Positions 12,522 through 24,273 of a DNA stretch of 39,132 bases are shown here, in pieces; positions within the stretch are counted from its first letter, which is position 1, and each line of letters starts with the position of its first letter. A program made the position numbers and the translations under genes. The stretch spans positions 327,858 to 366,989 of the forward strand of contig NC_068996.1 in the NCBI RefSeq assembly GCF_001194135.2, given 5' to 3'. Source of the DNA: Octopus bimaculoides (lineage: Eukaryota). The notes below the pieces were generated by a model. It ran no database searches, was not told the origin of the DNA, and saw only the letters and a program-made list of their open reading frames with translations.

Positions 12522-12683
12522 CATTCGCTGACATTAGTTCTTCTCTTTGTTGAAAGTCCATATTTTCTCACGATCTTCCTGCTTTTTCTTGATCTTATAT
12601 CATTTCCAGAGATTAGCTCAGTTAATATTGATATCTCCCTTCGCAATGATTCAATACCAGTTTCAATTCTACTCCTCCAGTTT
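12522..12683 (-). mobile_element. Inverted internal segment of the R4/Dong-type LINE
   Basis: Minus strand NWRSRIETGIESLRREISILTELISGNDIRSRKSRKIVRKYGL matches the W.RRIE..I..LR..IS.L segment that follows the N-terminal region in R4/Dong ORFs. Confidence 0.75.
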
Positions 12684-13001
12684 GATTGTAGGATCTCTAG
12701 GAATGATAAAAAAAGGTACTGAAACCTATTTGAAAATGATACCAGGCTTACCATCCCTACAGGAAGTGCAAAAAATCGTGTTAACTGGAACGACTCATGT
12801 ACTGAGAAGAGCATTATCGCTGTGAAAACACATCCATTCATGAATTTTTTTTATTGATTAATTTTTTTTTAAATACATATTTTACCTGTGAATTTGCGTG
12901 TGTAAACTGGGATTGCATACAACGAGTTTCTCTGCCCTAAATGTACGGAAAACACTCGGCGAGAAATGGTAGAAAATTTGAAGAAAGAAGAAAAAATCAA
13001 C

Positions 13002-13074
<73 letters not shown>
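12684..13074 (+). mobile_element. R4/Dong-type LINE 3' end with 3' UTR and (AAT)n tail/target
   Basis: LIVGSLGMIKKGTETYLKMIPGLPSLQEVQKIVLTGTTHVLRRALSL* is the RLE C-terminus. About 175 nt of UTR follow, then about 24 AAT units (13002-13074). Confidence 0.85.
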
Positions 13075-13076
<2 letters not shown>

Positions 13077-13260
13077 TCGAAAAATACCTTAGGAATGAGA
13101 ACCTAGGTTCGAAATTTCCCCAATACACCTGATGAAAGCTGGACGGTATAACAGCTGAAACGTTGTGTTAACAACAAACAAGATGAGGATAAATGTCCGT
13201 CAATTGTAAATAATGTAAATAATGTACATAATTGCTCATCTCTTAAATATAGAACTGTAA
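13075..13260 (+). mobile_element. Penelope pseudo-LTR-like repeat carrying a hammerhead motif
   Basis: Contains the hammerhead at 13125-13168, a downstream agatgag/ctcatct inverted repeat and tandem aatgtaaat units. Assignment to Penelope-like elements is inferred from the ribozyme design. Confidence 0.6.
13125..13168 (+). ncRNA. Minimal type I hammerhead ribozyme (dimer-type)
   Basis: ACAC - CTGATGA(A) - AGCTG gacggtataa CAGCT - GAAAC - GTT - GTGT. Intact core, 5-bp stem II, 4-bp stem I, palindromic ACGT stem III and a GUU cleavage triplet. Confidence 0.75.
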
Positions 13261-14451
13261 AATGTTTTCACATTCTTACTTAAATGTTGGATTACTGACT
13301 TGTTATTCTTGCAATTTCTGCATAACTAGAATAATAGATATATAACTAGAAGAATAAATATGTTGGTTGTAACTTATTGCAAGTTTACGTTCTTTCTCTC
13401 TCATTTCACTTTGCACTAAATTTCTCCCTATTTCTTCAAAATAAAGAAGAAAATATTTATTTTACAAATATCTTGCGAGCTTTTCACGATGCAAAATTAT
13501 TGAGTGAACGTAAAATCTAGTTCGCATGTAACATGTCCAATCCAGCGTTATTGCTGAATGCTTAACAAGACTATGCAGTTTCAACACGTTGAAACTCCTT
13601 TCCTGAGATTCAACAGAGCTAATAAACACATAAAAATTTGCAGTTTAGTCAGATAATCGCCAAGTTAGAATCTCCTACAATAATTCTGCATTAATTTTGC
13701 TTGCAATTCAATTTAAGTTTATTAATTACATTTATTTAAGAACGAAGTTCATTTGTGATTCTGTTGCTGGATTAGTTCAAATGCTGAAAGCAGATATTAT
13801 CCCTCTGATAATGAAACTTTCGTGCACAAATCAAATTCAGCCACTCAGATCTTTATTCGAGACCACAATAAAAAGTTTTATGATAGCAAACAAGACAAAA
13901 CTCTGTGTTGGCGATTGGTATCTTGCAAAATTGGTAATGTACAACTGACAGAAAATTTTGATGAAATTCCAATGTTTTCTGCTATGAGTTTAAAATTAGT
14001 CAAGCTTGATCTCGAGTTTGTCAAATATCATTTCCGGCTTTTAATGCTATTCATGTTAATATGAAATTTACAATCGCATGCATTAATTAACTGATTTATT
14101 TATGGATAATTGTCAGCACATTTAACTGTAAATATAACTAAGTGCATTAAGCTATAAATATGTACTTAAAATGGACATTCCATGCAAAGAAATCTGAAGT
14201 TTTTGTTCCAATATTTTCATACTTTATAGACCACTGTAGACATTTTTTTTTACATTTGTTGAAGTCTTGCAAACTTAAATAAACTAACCATATTTTGAAA
14301 TTAGAAATATTGAACTAACCATAGTTTTTATATATCGAATAATATTTTGTTCCTTTAGCATTTTGAATCGCGTCAAGGATTTTTATTTGCAAAAATTCTC
14401 TACAGAGCTCAATGAATTAGTTTGGTATGCATATAAAAATAATGATATCAG

Positions 14452-14648
14452 ATTTTGGCGCAAGGCCAATAACTTTGGGGAGGGTGCAAGTCGATTACAT
14501 CGGCACCAGTACACAACTGGTTCTTATTTTATCGACTCCGAAAGGGAGAAAGGCAAAGTCGACCACCGGCAGAATTTGAAATTAGATTGTAAAGACAGCC
14601 AATATGCAGCAATGCATTTTTCCTGGCGTGTTAACGATTCTACTAGTT
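14452..14648 (-). mobile_element. tRNA-derived SINE (octopus-type family 1)
   Basis: ttttggcgcaaggcc...gtcgattacatcg...tggttcttattttatcgac...aaggcaaagtcgacc...gtgttaacgattc is homologous to the copies at 19551, 24274, 25626 and 27639. Confidence 0.85.
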
Positions 14649-15985
14649 ATACTTATAGAAATAATGGACTCGAACTGCTTGGTGACTTTCATTTGATTAG
14701 TTTCATGCTCTACTGAAAGTGGGTTGTATTTGCTGAGAAACACAATATGCCAAGAAAGTTTCCACGCTCACAATCACCAAAATGTTGACCAGGACAAAAT
14801 ATAAATAAAAAACAATTCCTTCTTAAATAGAAATAAGATAACATTTAAGAATCTTAAATTAGTTATTAGCAGTTTTTGTTCCTTTAATTAACATAGTCAA
14901 CAATAAATTATCAATTTATCTTCAAACTGATGCTATCTTAGTGGCTGTTTTCCATTAAACCTAGTTTTCTTTGGAGGGAAAATAGGAAACAAAATTACTC
15001 CAAAATACAAAAATACAAGACGCAGAAATTGTTGCTCGTAAATTTGAATTGAATATTAGAATGCTCAGCTAATTGTGAAGCTTTTGTCATAGAAATCAAA
15101 GAAAATCCCATATACATTATCAGATTTTCTTCGAGTCTACATTATCAAGTAGAAGTTCCTCAGAAATATAAGTAAAATAATACAGATGGTTGATGATTAG
15201 GTAAAACTGGAAAAAGCTTATTCTCTAAACCATATCTAATATAAATATTAGATCAGAGATATTTACTAAATGCTGCCACTTTGGCAAGTGCTTCCTAAAA
15301 CACTAGAAGATCATGTTTCCACTTCATTGATTGCTTCTTATTAGCAGATTTTCCTGATCTCACTATATATTTTTCAAAATATTCTACTCTATCTTTCCAC
15401 GGACATATATCTTGTAAATATTTCAGGTCCAGTTTACCATCTAGTGATTGCTTTGAAGTACATTTATATGAAATTGGCAGTTATGATGCAATAACACCAA
15501 CAGGTTATGAATAGTTTCTTAGGTTAGTTTCTTGGCAACTCACTTTGTGTACGGTCTGCCGAACAAAAGTCGTGGTTCGGAAACATTTTATCTCCGTTCA
15601 TCTTATATAATTTTACACATGAAACTCTTCATACTGCCTACATAAGTCGAGATGGATATTATTATTTGTAAAAAAAAATTAATAAAAAAGCTATTTTTTA
15701 TTTTGAGTTTTCATCATGTTTTTATGGGTTGGACAGATCTTCACCAGCATAGCGTATTTATATCTTTTTTGTTATTTGTAATTTATTCTTGGGGATTTCC
15801 CTTCGGTGATCAATATCCAATACTTTTTCCAATATCTTCATAAGTTTTCTTTTCATTTGTATTCTTTGTCACTTCATTACCTCACATGTCCGTACTAATT
15901 CAGTCTCCACTCTTACACACAACATTGTATTTATCTCATATCCTATTTTTCGCTCAGTTCATCTGCTCTGTGTCGCATATGCATA

Positions 15986-17118
15986 CACGGTGGCATCAAA
16001 AGTTCCCGGACTAGTTATGTAGCGAACCAACAGATGGTAGCACACGGTTGCATGTGCAGTGACAGTTATCAGTGACTCTCAAGAGGCAGTGTGCCAAGTG
16101 ACATTACTGTGTTACTTCGCAAGGTGTGAAATGTGTGTTTTTGTTATCGCAATTTTTCGAGTGGCACAGACGCTTCAAAAGTGTAAGAACGTCCCTGAAA
16201 GAGCATGGAATATCTGGAAGACCTGCGACGAGCATCACCCACGGAAATGTGGAGAAAAGTCATCAGCTTGTGTATGAGAATCAACGACATTGCAGATGTT
16301 ATTGGTCTGTCGTATGGCTCCGTTGAGGTAATCCTAACATCTAAATTGAACATGCGGCGTGTCTCTGCCAAGTTCTGTCCCCGCCTGCTGACCACTGAGC
16401 AGAGAGAACAAGATTTCTGTCAGTGTGCCACTGATGACCCATCCTTCATGTCAAGGATCATCACCGGTGATGAGAGTTAGGTCCGCGGTACAATCCTGTG
16501 ACGAAACAGTAGCCGTCACAATGGAAGATCTCTTCATCTCCATGACTGAAGAAGGCACAGCAGAGACGCAGCATTATCATAGTATATTATCATAGTATTT
16601 CTATTTCAAAATCCGCGATATTGTGCATCGAGAATTCTCCACCCCACCCCCCGAGACTGACCGTCAATCGAGAGTTATACTGCGAAGTTTTTGAAGCGTT
16701 TGAAAGAGAGCATTTGGCAAAAGAGACTGGATCTACGGGGCGCGAAGAATTGGATTCTTCACGACGACGATGTACTCTGTTATCGAGCTTGCCTAAGTCG
16801 TGAATTTCTCGCTAAAAAGACCATGGTAGCGCTACCATACCTATTCTATTCGCCAGATTTAGTGCCTGTGGCCTTCCCCAAAAGGGAAATGCAGCTCAAA
16901 GGTAGCCATTTTAACACCGCTGTAGAGATCCAAAGTGAAACGTGGAAGGTCGTCGACTCGCTTATGGAAAACGTTTTCTGGCCGGATTCCAAAAGTATCA
17001 AGAACGCTGGAACAGGTGTATTGCTGCGCAAGGTGACTATTTGGAAGGAAATGATGTTTAAAACTTATATAAATAAGTTTTTTTATGACTAGTTCAGGAG
17101 CGTTTTGATACATCAGTA
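15986..17118 (+). mobile_element. Mariner (D,D34D-type) DNA transposon, near full length, inactivated
   Basis: About 30-bp imperfect TIRs (cacggtggcatcaaaagttcccggactagt and its complement actagttcaggagcgttttgatacatcagta) with TA at the left flank. Transposase motifs: LNMRRVSAKFCPRLLT, IITGDES, WILHDDD, YSPDLVP. Stops and frameshifts present. Confidence 0.92.
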
Positions 17119-18419
17119 CAAACATTACAAATCTTGTAGAATATATTCCCTTCATTATTTTGAAGTCTGTGCATATCTTCTTATTTTAATGCTTTATTTC
17201 AGAACTATACGACGTTGCACTTCATATAATCTACATTTCATTGGGAGAGGTAATAACTCCTTCAACATTTTTCCTACCCTTTTATACTTTTGCAACTATA
17301 CTTTTGTAACACCTTCTTCCTCTGATAATTAAATCACTCAAGTAACAGTCAAAGTACCTGTAAAATACTTCAGGGGAGCCTTTCGATCATTTGAAATGAT
17401 ATATTTTACATTTGCTTTGTCGGCTCACTACTTCTGGACATCTGCAACACACGAAGTCATTCTTGCTTGGCTGCCTGCGTATGGATCCTCAAATTACGGG
17501 ATCACCTGCTCCTGTACCCTTAATCTTTTTCCATGAAACCTCCATCAACCTTTATCTGCGCGGGTAAGTTTTCCTACCCATGTCTTTTCAACCATTATGG
17601 CTCCGTCAGTGGTATTCTCGTAGAGAAATCTTTCATGATTGCTGGCCAACTTACATCCAGTTCCCATGTTATAAGTTACACCACTTTATACATATTCAGC
17701 AAAACTGCATTAAAGTTTTCCTTTACCATTTTATCTGTCTTACCATGTATATATATATACATACTTGCTAAGTGAAAAATTATCACCCCTCCACTCCAAA
17801 GCAACAAGAATACTGCTCCTAAGGACCTTTTCAAGTTAACGAGAGGGCCTCTACATAATTGCCCCCTGTAGATAGTAGCATAAAATTCAAGATAAGGAAA
17901 GAGTACTCTAAGGTAAGAACTATTTTGATTTTTTAAATAGTCGCCAAGTGATTAGGGATGAAGAATTTGCTGGTTCTGCATACAAATGCTAGTCTTTGTG
18001 GCGCATTTTGCTTTAACTATGTCATGTATGTGGGATTACTGCAAAAGATCATCTCAGATTCAACATATACCTCCAAGTGTAAATAATTTGGTATTCCTGA
18101 CAGTGAATGTATTCATTATTGTATGTCTATCTATCTCAATAAGAACCTGTGTTGAAAGATCATATATCAATGAATAAAAATATAAAATGATTAATTCTGG
18201 TAGGAAAATATGACTTATATTAATACGTAACTGAGCTGGCTTTGTAGAAATAAAAGATTCTCTATTATTGAAAATATGCAGTAAGAAATACAGACAAGGA
18301 CTCATCCATGCACACATACAGATAATAACGAATACATACACATAAAAGATAATCAAAGACAAACATACAAGCTTGAAAATGTGTATGAGTGGCATATTAA
18401 TACACACACACATATATGC

Positions 18420-18422
<3 letters not shown>

Positions 18423-18469
<47 letters not shown>
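18423..18469. repeat. (GT)n microsatellite
   Basis: Perfect GT run. Confidence 0.95.
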
Positions 18470-18471
<2 letters not shown>

Positions 18472-18610
18472 GGTTTGCATGCATATACTATGCTTATACA
18501 CAAATATATTGTTTGATTAAGGTAAGCTGAGACTTCGAAATCACTGTCAATACTTTTCCTTGTAGAAAGAGATAAATATGGAATTTATTGAAAAGTACCT
18601 AGTCTAAAAC

Positions 18611-18614
<4 letters not shown>

Positions 18615-18663
<49 letters not shown>

Positions 18664-18880
18664 GCACAATACACATGTATATATGTGCTTTTGTATATGT
18701 ATAAGTTTAAAATACGTACATATACGCACATAACACACGCATGCATACGCATATATATACGTGTGTGTGTGTTTATATATATGTATGTATATGTATATAT
18801 GTTTTGTGAGCACGTATGCATGTATATTCGTATGTACATATATATTTGTGTGTATGTAAAATTGTATGTATACATGTGTG

Positions 18881-18913
<33 letters not shown>

Positions 18914-18916
18914 GTG

Positions 18917-18947
<31 letters not shown>

Positions 18948-18972
18948 TATGTACGTACGTACGTATGTATGT
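18615..18972. repeat. (TA)n/(TATG)n compound microsatellite
   Basis: TA run followed by tatgtatg runs. Confidence 0.9.
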
Positions 18973-19222
18973 AATGCCTGCATAAGGTAAGATATTGAAG
19001 TTTTATTATTGCTCTCTCTGTATATTGAATCTGCTCTGAGACCGAAACAGTTTGAAATACAGGCAACTAGATTATCAATAGAGGGAAATTTTAGCGGTAA
19101 AAGATTTTGCCTTTTATCAGCAGGGGTTTACATGCAATATTGCCATGATATATGTGAATTGATTCCACTCTCAAAGAAAGTAAATTATATTCATTTATTT
19201 GTTTGTTTATTTGTTTATTTAT

Positions 19223-19278
19223 TTATCTAGCATTGAGCTTGTCTGGGTCTTTCACAATGAAAACAATTCTTTTCGGAA
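19223..19278 (-). CDS. Candidate terminal coding exon of an unidentified gene (xVPKRIVFIVKDPDKLNAR*)
   Basis: Very long polypyrimidine tract ending ttttattcAG, an open phase-1 frame to TAA, and AATAAA downstream. No homology recognised. Confidence 0.3.
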
Positions 19279-19404
19279 CTGAATAAAAAAAGAAAAAAAA
19301 GAAAAACGAAAATACATATGTATATAAAAATGAAGAGTTTTGACTACGAAAGATTTGTATGGAAAGACGATTTGTCTGCTCTATTACTTTATGTNNNNNN
19401 NNNN

Positions 19405-19460
<56 letters not shown>

Positions 19461-19550
19461 AAATGTTGTCTCTTGTGTTAAATAAGCTTATGTTTCGTTG
19501 CTGGAACAGTCTTTAATTAGATTCTGCATTTACTACAAGCAAAAATAGAC

Positions 19551-19740
19551 GGCAGTATATTGGCAGAATTGGTATAAAAGCAGGAAAAAAATGCTTTGCG
19601 ATGTTTAACCATGTTTCTTTACGTTCTAACACTCAATTTCACTAATGTCAATTTTATCTTTCTTTCATCCGTTTTGCGTCGATGAAATAAGAACCAGCCA
19701 AGCACTGGAATCAATTTAATAAACTTTACAACTCCCCAGC
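19551..19740 (+). mobile_element. Degenerate tRNA-derived SINE (family 1)
   Basis: ggcagtatattggcagaattgg...tttacgttct...ctttcatccg...aataagaaccag is colinear with the 27639 copy. Confidence 0.6.
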
Positions 19741-20564
19741 TATGTTGCAAAAATTATTACTATTTATAATGATTGTTGGAATAATTTGTCAGGATTGGTA
19801 AATAAAAAATTTTTTAGTCATTATGTTTTAAGTTTAAATTTCACGAACAATGTTTCCAGTCAAGAAATAGACTTAATTTAATTGACTAAACATTTACCGT
19901 AAAATATTGTCCTTGAATGTTTCAGTAATTTCTTCCCAAAGCGGTGTCCTACTTCTACAACCTTAAGTAAATAAACTTTGCTACATTAGTTTGTTTTACA
20001 AATACATTGTGCTTTTAAAATTTGTATTTATGTATATATATATTTTATAAACAATACTATTTTCCTATACCAACAAATGTTCAATCTTGTATATTTACAT
20101 AGTGTTCCTTTCATCACTACTCCGTCAAGTAGAGTTGCGGGTATATTTGCTGATAAGATCAGAATACGAGTCTTCTTGCCAGCAAAAGGAAAATATTATT
20201 AGTTATTTACTAACATTTTTTTTTCTCACTGCATATCTTTTTGTACTTAATTCTTTTAATGATCTATGCATTCATTATATTAACAATAAAGCATTTATAT
20301 CAATATAGAGTTCATAGCATTGATAATACAGAATTGATGATATTCTCAATTACAATTCGCAAATAATTACTCTTCAAGAGAGTAACCTGGTCAGTCTTTG
20401 CTTTTTAACTATAAATTTTGTTTTTGATGTAATCTAGAAGTAGGTCGTCCTTTCAGCGAATTTTCATCGGCAGTTTTGCGTCAAAATTAATCTTTCTTAA
20501 TTAAAATCACTGTGTGTAAAGTAGGAAATAAATATTTTCTTATCTTTTACTTGTTTCAGTAATT

Positions 20565-20960
20565 AGACTGCGGCCATGCTGGGGCACCGTCTTGAAGAAT
20601 TTTTAGTCGAGTTTATCGACCACAATGCCTATTTTTCTTTAAAACCTGGTACTTATTCTATTGGTCTCTTTTACCGAACCGCTAACTTACGGGGTTGTAA
20701 ACACATCAGCACTGGTTGACAAGTGGTGGGGTAAGTGGGAGACAAACACACGCACACACTTAGACATACACATGCACTCATTCACACATCTATATATATA
20801 TATGAGGGGCTTCTTTCAGTTTCCGTCTACCAAATCCACTCAAAATGTTTTGGTCGGCTCGAAGCTATTGTAGAAGACACTTTCCCAAGGTGCAACGCTG
20901 TGGAACTGAATCCAGAACCGAATGATTGGGAAGGAAGCTTCTTTTCACACAGCTACACCA
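20565..20960 (-). mobile_element. tRNA-headed SINE (family 2) with internal CA/TA tract
   Basis: The minus strand begins with a tRNA-like head (B-box-like ggttctggattcagttcc), followed by ccttgggaaagtgtcttctac...gatttggtagacggaaactgaaagaagccc and a tail ending ...gccccagcatggccgcagtc. Confidence 0.8.
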
Positions 20961-21854
20961 GAGCCTATAAATTGTGGCATATTTTTTTCTTTTATAATAT
21001 GGTTGTGTGGTTAAATGATTAACCTTGCAGTCACATGCTTTCTAGTCAAATCCGCTTGCATGATACCCTGTTAGTAGGAATCGTTCAGGCTTTATGACTG
21101 AATTGTGTAGAAAAGAAAACTGGAATGGTAACAAAGACCGTTTTTGAAGGAGGGCGAAAAACTAGAAACGGTCAAATAATATTAAGAAAATAGGATAAAC
21201 AAATAAAAATAACAGGCAAATCATTAGCGAAGACCCTATTACCGACACACAGCAATGGCATCTAGAGAATATAGGTGTGAAATATATTACAACAGTACCT
21301 CTACGACTCCGTCGCAATTTGAGGTCCCAAACAAAAATCATCAGAGCCATTTTTTCATAAATACTAATGCTGCGCCGCCTACGGTCATTAATCTAGGAAA
21401 TAGCTAAACAAGCTACAATAATTTTAGGATCATAAACTACAGGAACCACAAAGGAATTAAAATGAAATATATTCTTTCAATTTCCTTGACACTTCTTGGT
21501 ACAAAGTTTTTAATAAGAGCCTGCCAAGTTTATATAAAGTAAGGCCTCACATCGACTCTCGGTTTCATACTACCACCAGTTGCAAATATTCTGAACAAGT
21601 CTTTTGTTTGATGTTAACAAAGTATTTTAACGTTTTGCTTCTTACCGTAGCAACCATGAGCTGTACTGTTTTATTTCCTTTTCTGCTCCCATTTTCAGGC
21701 ACCAGATAAAATTTTCATAAATGCTGTGCTTTCTCCTTTGATAAAGCCATATGTTGTTTATTAACCCACCCCCCCTTATACATTTCTCCTTGTTAACCTC
21801 TTCATAGTAAATTTTACAGTGTCCCATTGTGTCACAGTGGTAATCTATAGTTGG

Positions 21855-22040
21855 AATTTACAAAAAAGCAAAACAAAAGACAAAGATGGGTGTATAAACA
21901 ACAAACAGATGTATTAGTTTAACGCTTGGGAAGGTGAGAAAGTCTTTTACGTTTCGAGCCTACGCACTTCGACAGAAAGAGACACAGAAATAAGCAGAGA
22001 GAGGAAATAAAAAAAGGTTTAGTGGCTAGCGATCAATCTA
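21855..22040 (-). mobile_element. Penelope pseudo-LTR-like repeat
   Basis: Homologous to 5533-5680 (gtattagttt...tttcgaRcctacgc.cttcgacagaaag plus a purine-rich flank). Carries the hammerhead-like motif. Confidence 0.6.
21944..21979 (-). ncRNA. Minimal hammerhead-like motif with variant core CUGUCGA
   Basis: Minus strand: CTTT - CTGTCGA(A) - GTGC gtag GCTC - GAAAC - GTA - AAAG. Stem I is 4 bp, stem II has one mismatch (GAGC in the 5598 copy), stem III is palindromic ACGT, and the triplet is GUA. Confidence 0.6.
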
Positions 22041-23034
22041 TACCTGTTTGAAGTAACTTATTTACAATGAATAATTCTTGGTTATTGTAGTTATTGAGAT
22101 TTAAATGCAGCAGTGGTGATTGGATACGATATTACCAGTGAATGGTTTGTTGTCAAATTTATACAGTAAACAATGTATGCTGTATTGCTTTACTTATTTT
22201 TACTCTCCCGCATTCTTCATTTGCTTTTCTATTTTGGGGAAACTTGAGATTCACAACTTATTTTCATAAAAGGAGCTTGACAATATCAGTCGTTTATTTT
22301 GTTCACCTGACCATAATTATAATTCAATAAATTAATAATAGAATATCAAGATGGCAGTCAATAAATTAGTAACGGAATCGCAAAATGGCCAAAAATGCCT
22401 TCCAGAGACAAATAAATCTGATATTTTTAGAATCAGGTTAGTTAGATTATTACTTTATCTAATGAACTTTTATGAAGGGAATATATAATTATTAGGAAAG
22501 GAATTTGGATTCTCTTATAAATTGATTTTGATAGAATGTACAGAATAGTATTTACAAATAGTATTTTCTTACAAATAAACAACTCCAGCGAATATCCGAA
22601 CACCTACATGTAATAACATCAAATTTTCTGTTCAGGCGTTTCCTCGGAAAAAAGTCTCTCGGCAGTCAACTGAATGGCTAGAAAAAGCAGCCAAATTCAA
22701 CTCGGATCACACCTTACTGCCTTTAAAGGTTAGCACAAATTCGATAATATAGTTAAAGTTACAATATCTGTTAATTTTATTCGAGGTCTCACTGAGTATA
22801 TAACTTGAATAAACTTTGAAGTTTATTCAGTCTATAAGAAAATAAGAAATATCAAACTCTACGCTTGTGGTGATACCTTAATCCAGTTAATGTTCATTAC
22901 ATCTATGCATATGTAGACAGCCATTTTAAACCTTAAATGTGTTTACATGCATATATACATATATATACTATACAAATGTATATGTTCAGGTATATGTATA
23001 TATGTGTGTATGGATGCATGTTTATATATATATA

Positions 23035-23068
23035 TCATCATCATCATCATCGTTTAACGTCCGCTTTC
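23035..23068 (-). mobile_element. 3' terminus with (GAT)n tail of a LINE/SINE running into a gap
   Basis: catcatcatcatcgtttaacgtccgctttc is the reverse of ...gaaagcggacgttaaacgatgatgatg, an RTE-like tail. Only 34 nt are visible. Confidence 0.45.
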
Positions 23069-23168
23069 NNNNNNNNNNNNNNNNNNNNNNNNNNNNNNNN
23101 NNNNNNNNNNNNNNNNNNNNNNNNNNNNNNNNNNNNNNNNNNNNNNNNNNNNNNNNNNNNNNNNNNNN

Positions 23169-23203
<35 letters not shown>

Positions 23204-24273
23204 CATATATACATATATGTACATACTGACATATATATGTATATATATGTGCATATATGGGTACAAGACGTCACAAAACGTAAACAACATGAAATACGAA
23301 GGCAAACTTATATATATATATTTAATATATGTATATATGTATATATATATATGCATATATTGAATATATATATTCTATACAAATGTAGATGTTCATGTAT
23401 ATATATATATATATATATTTGAAGATAAGCAACAAAGATTCAATAGGTTATAGCAGTACGTACGTTTCGTACAGGCTCCATTTATTCATGTAGTGAGAAC
23501 ACCACAGAAAATACAAATATATATTAATAGATGTATATAATATATATATACACGCACATACATATGTATGTATTTTCATGCATGCACACACATACGCTAG
23601 CCTACTACCACTTCATAATCCTTCATCTAAAATACTACCCATTTTAGATTGGCGAAATTGTTTAATGAATCGAAGAATATTAAAACCAGATTAGCACTGA
23701 TAGAGAAGTCATTTGATCGCAAATTTTGTGGTTATGAAAGTTAAGAAATTGAATTGATATATCTATCACGCTGTACAAATATTTTTGTATATTTCTTTAA
23801 AATAGGTTAACAAAAATATTTATAGCGGATCAGGCAATACTAAAACGTCTAATTCTACGTTTTTAGTGTGTATTTTTGCTCCCTCACATACGTGTCCATA
23901 CTATTCTGAGATTTTTGCTCAAGGCACCGAACTAGAACCTTAGGAACCAAAATTTACACGGAAATAAAACAATGATATTATCTATGTGGAAGTTATCCCA
24001 GGCTGATACGTTTTTCACAAAATACACAAAAAATTATTCTTAAAATCTTGATATCAAACTGAGTTCACAGTTTTTTTTTTGTTTTTTTTTTCGATAACCA
24101 GTAGAAAGAAATCTTTAGTGATTTCTTTATAGTCAATTGCTCGATAAAGAAAAAATTCCTTCTCTCCGGCTGTTTGGTACATATCGTAGGCCGCTGACTT
24201 ATAAATTGTACATATCCACCCGTCACATTTCGTTTCTTTGTATGGACCCATATCTAAAGATATTGGTTTCAAA

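Noticed and set aside
22635-22727. Open 93-nt segment with AG/GT borders (AFPRKKVSRQSTEWLEKAAKFNSDHTLLPLK)
   Set aside because: The sequence resembles a SINE-tail remnant. It shows how easily false exons arise here.
23452-23500. Minus-strand GAAAC-GTAC-GTA with a possible taca/tgta stem II
   Set aside because: No recognisable CUGANGA core and no stem I partner, so insufficient to call a hammerhead.
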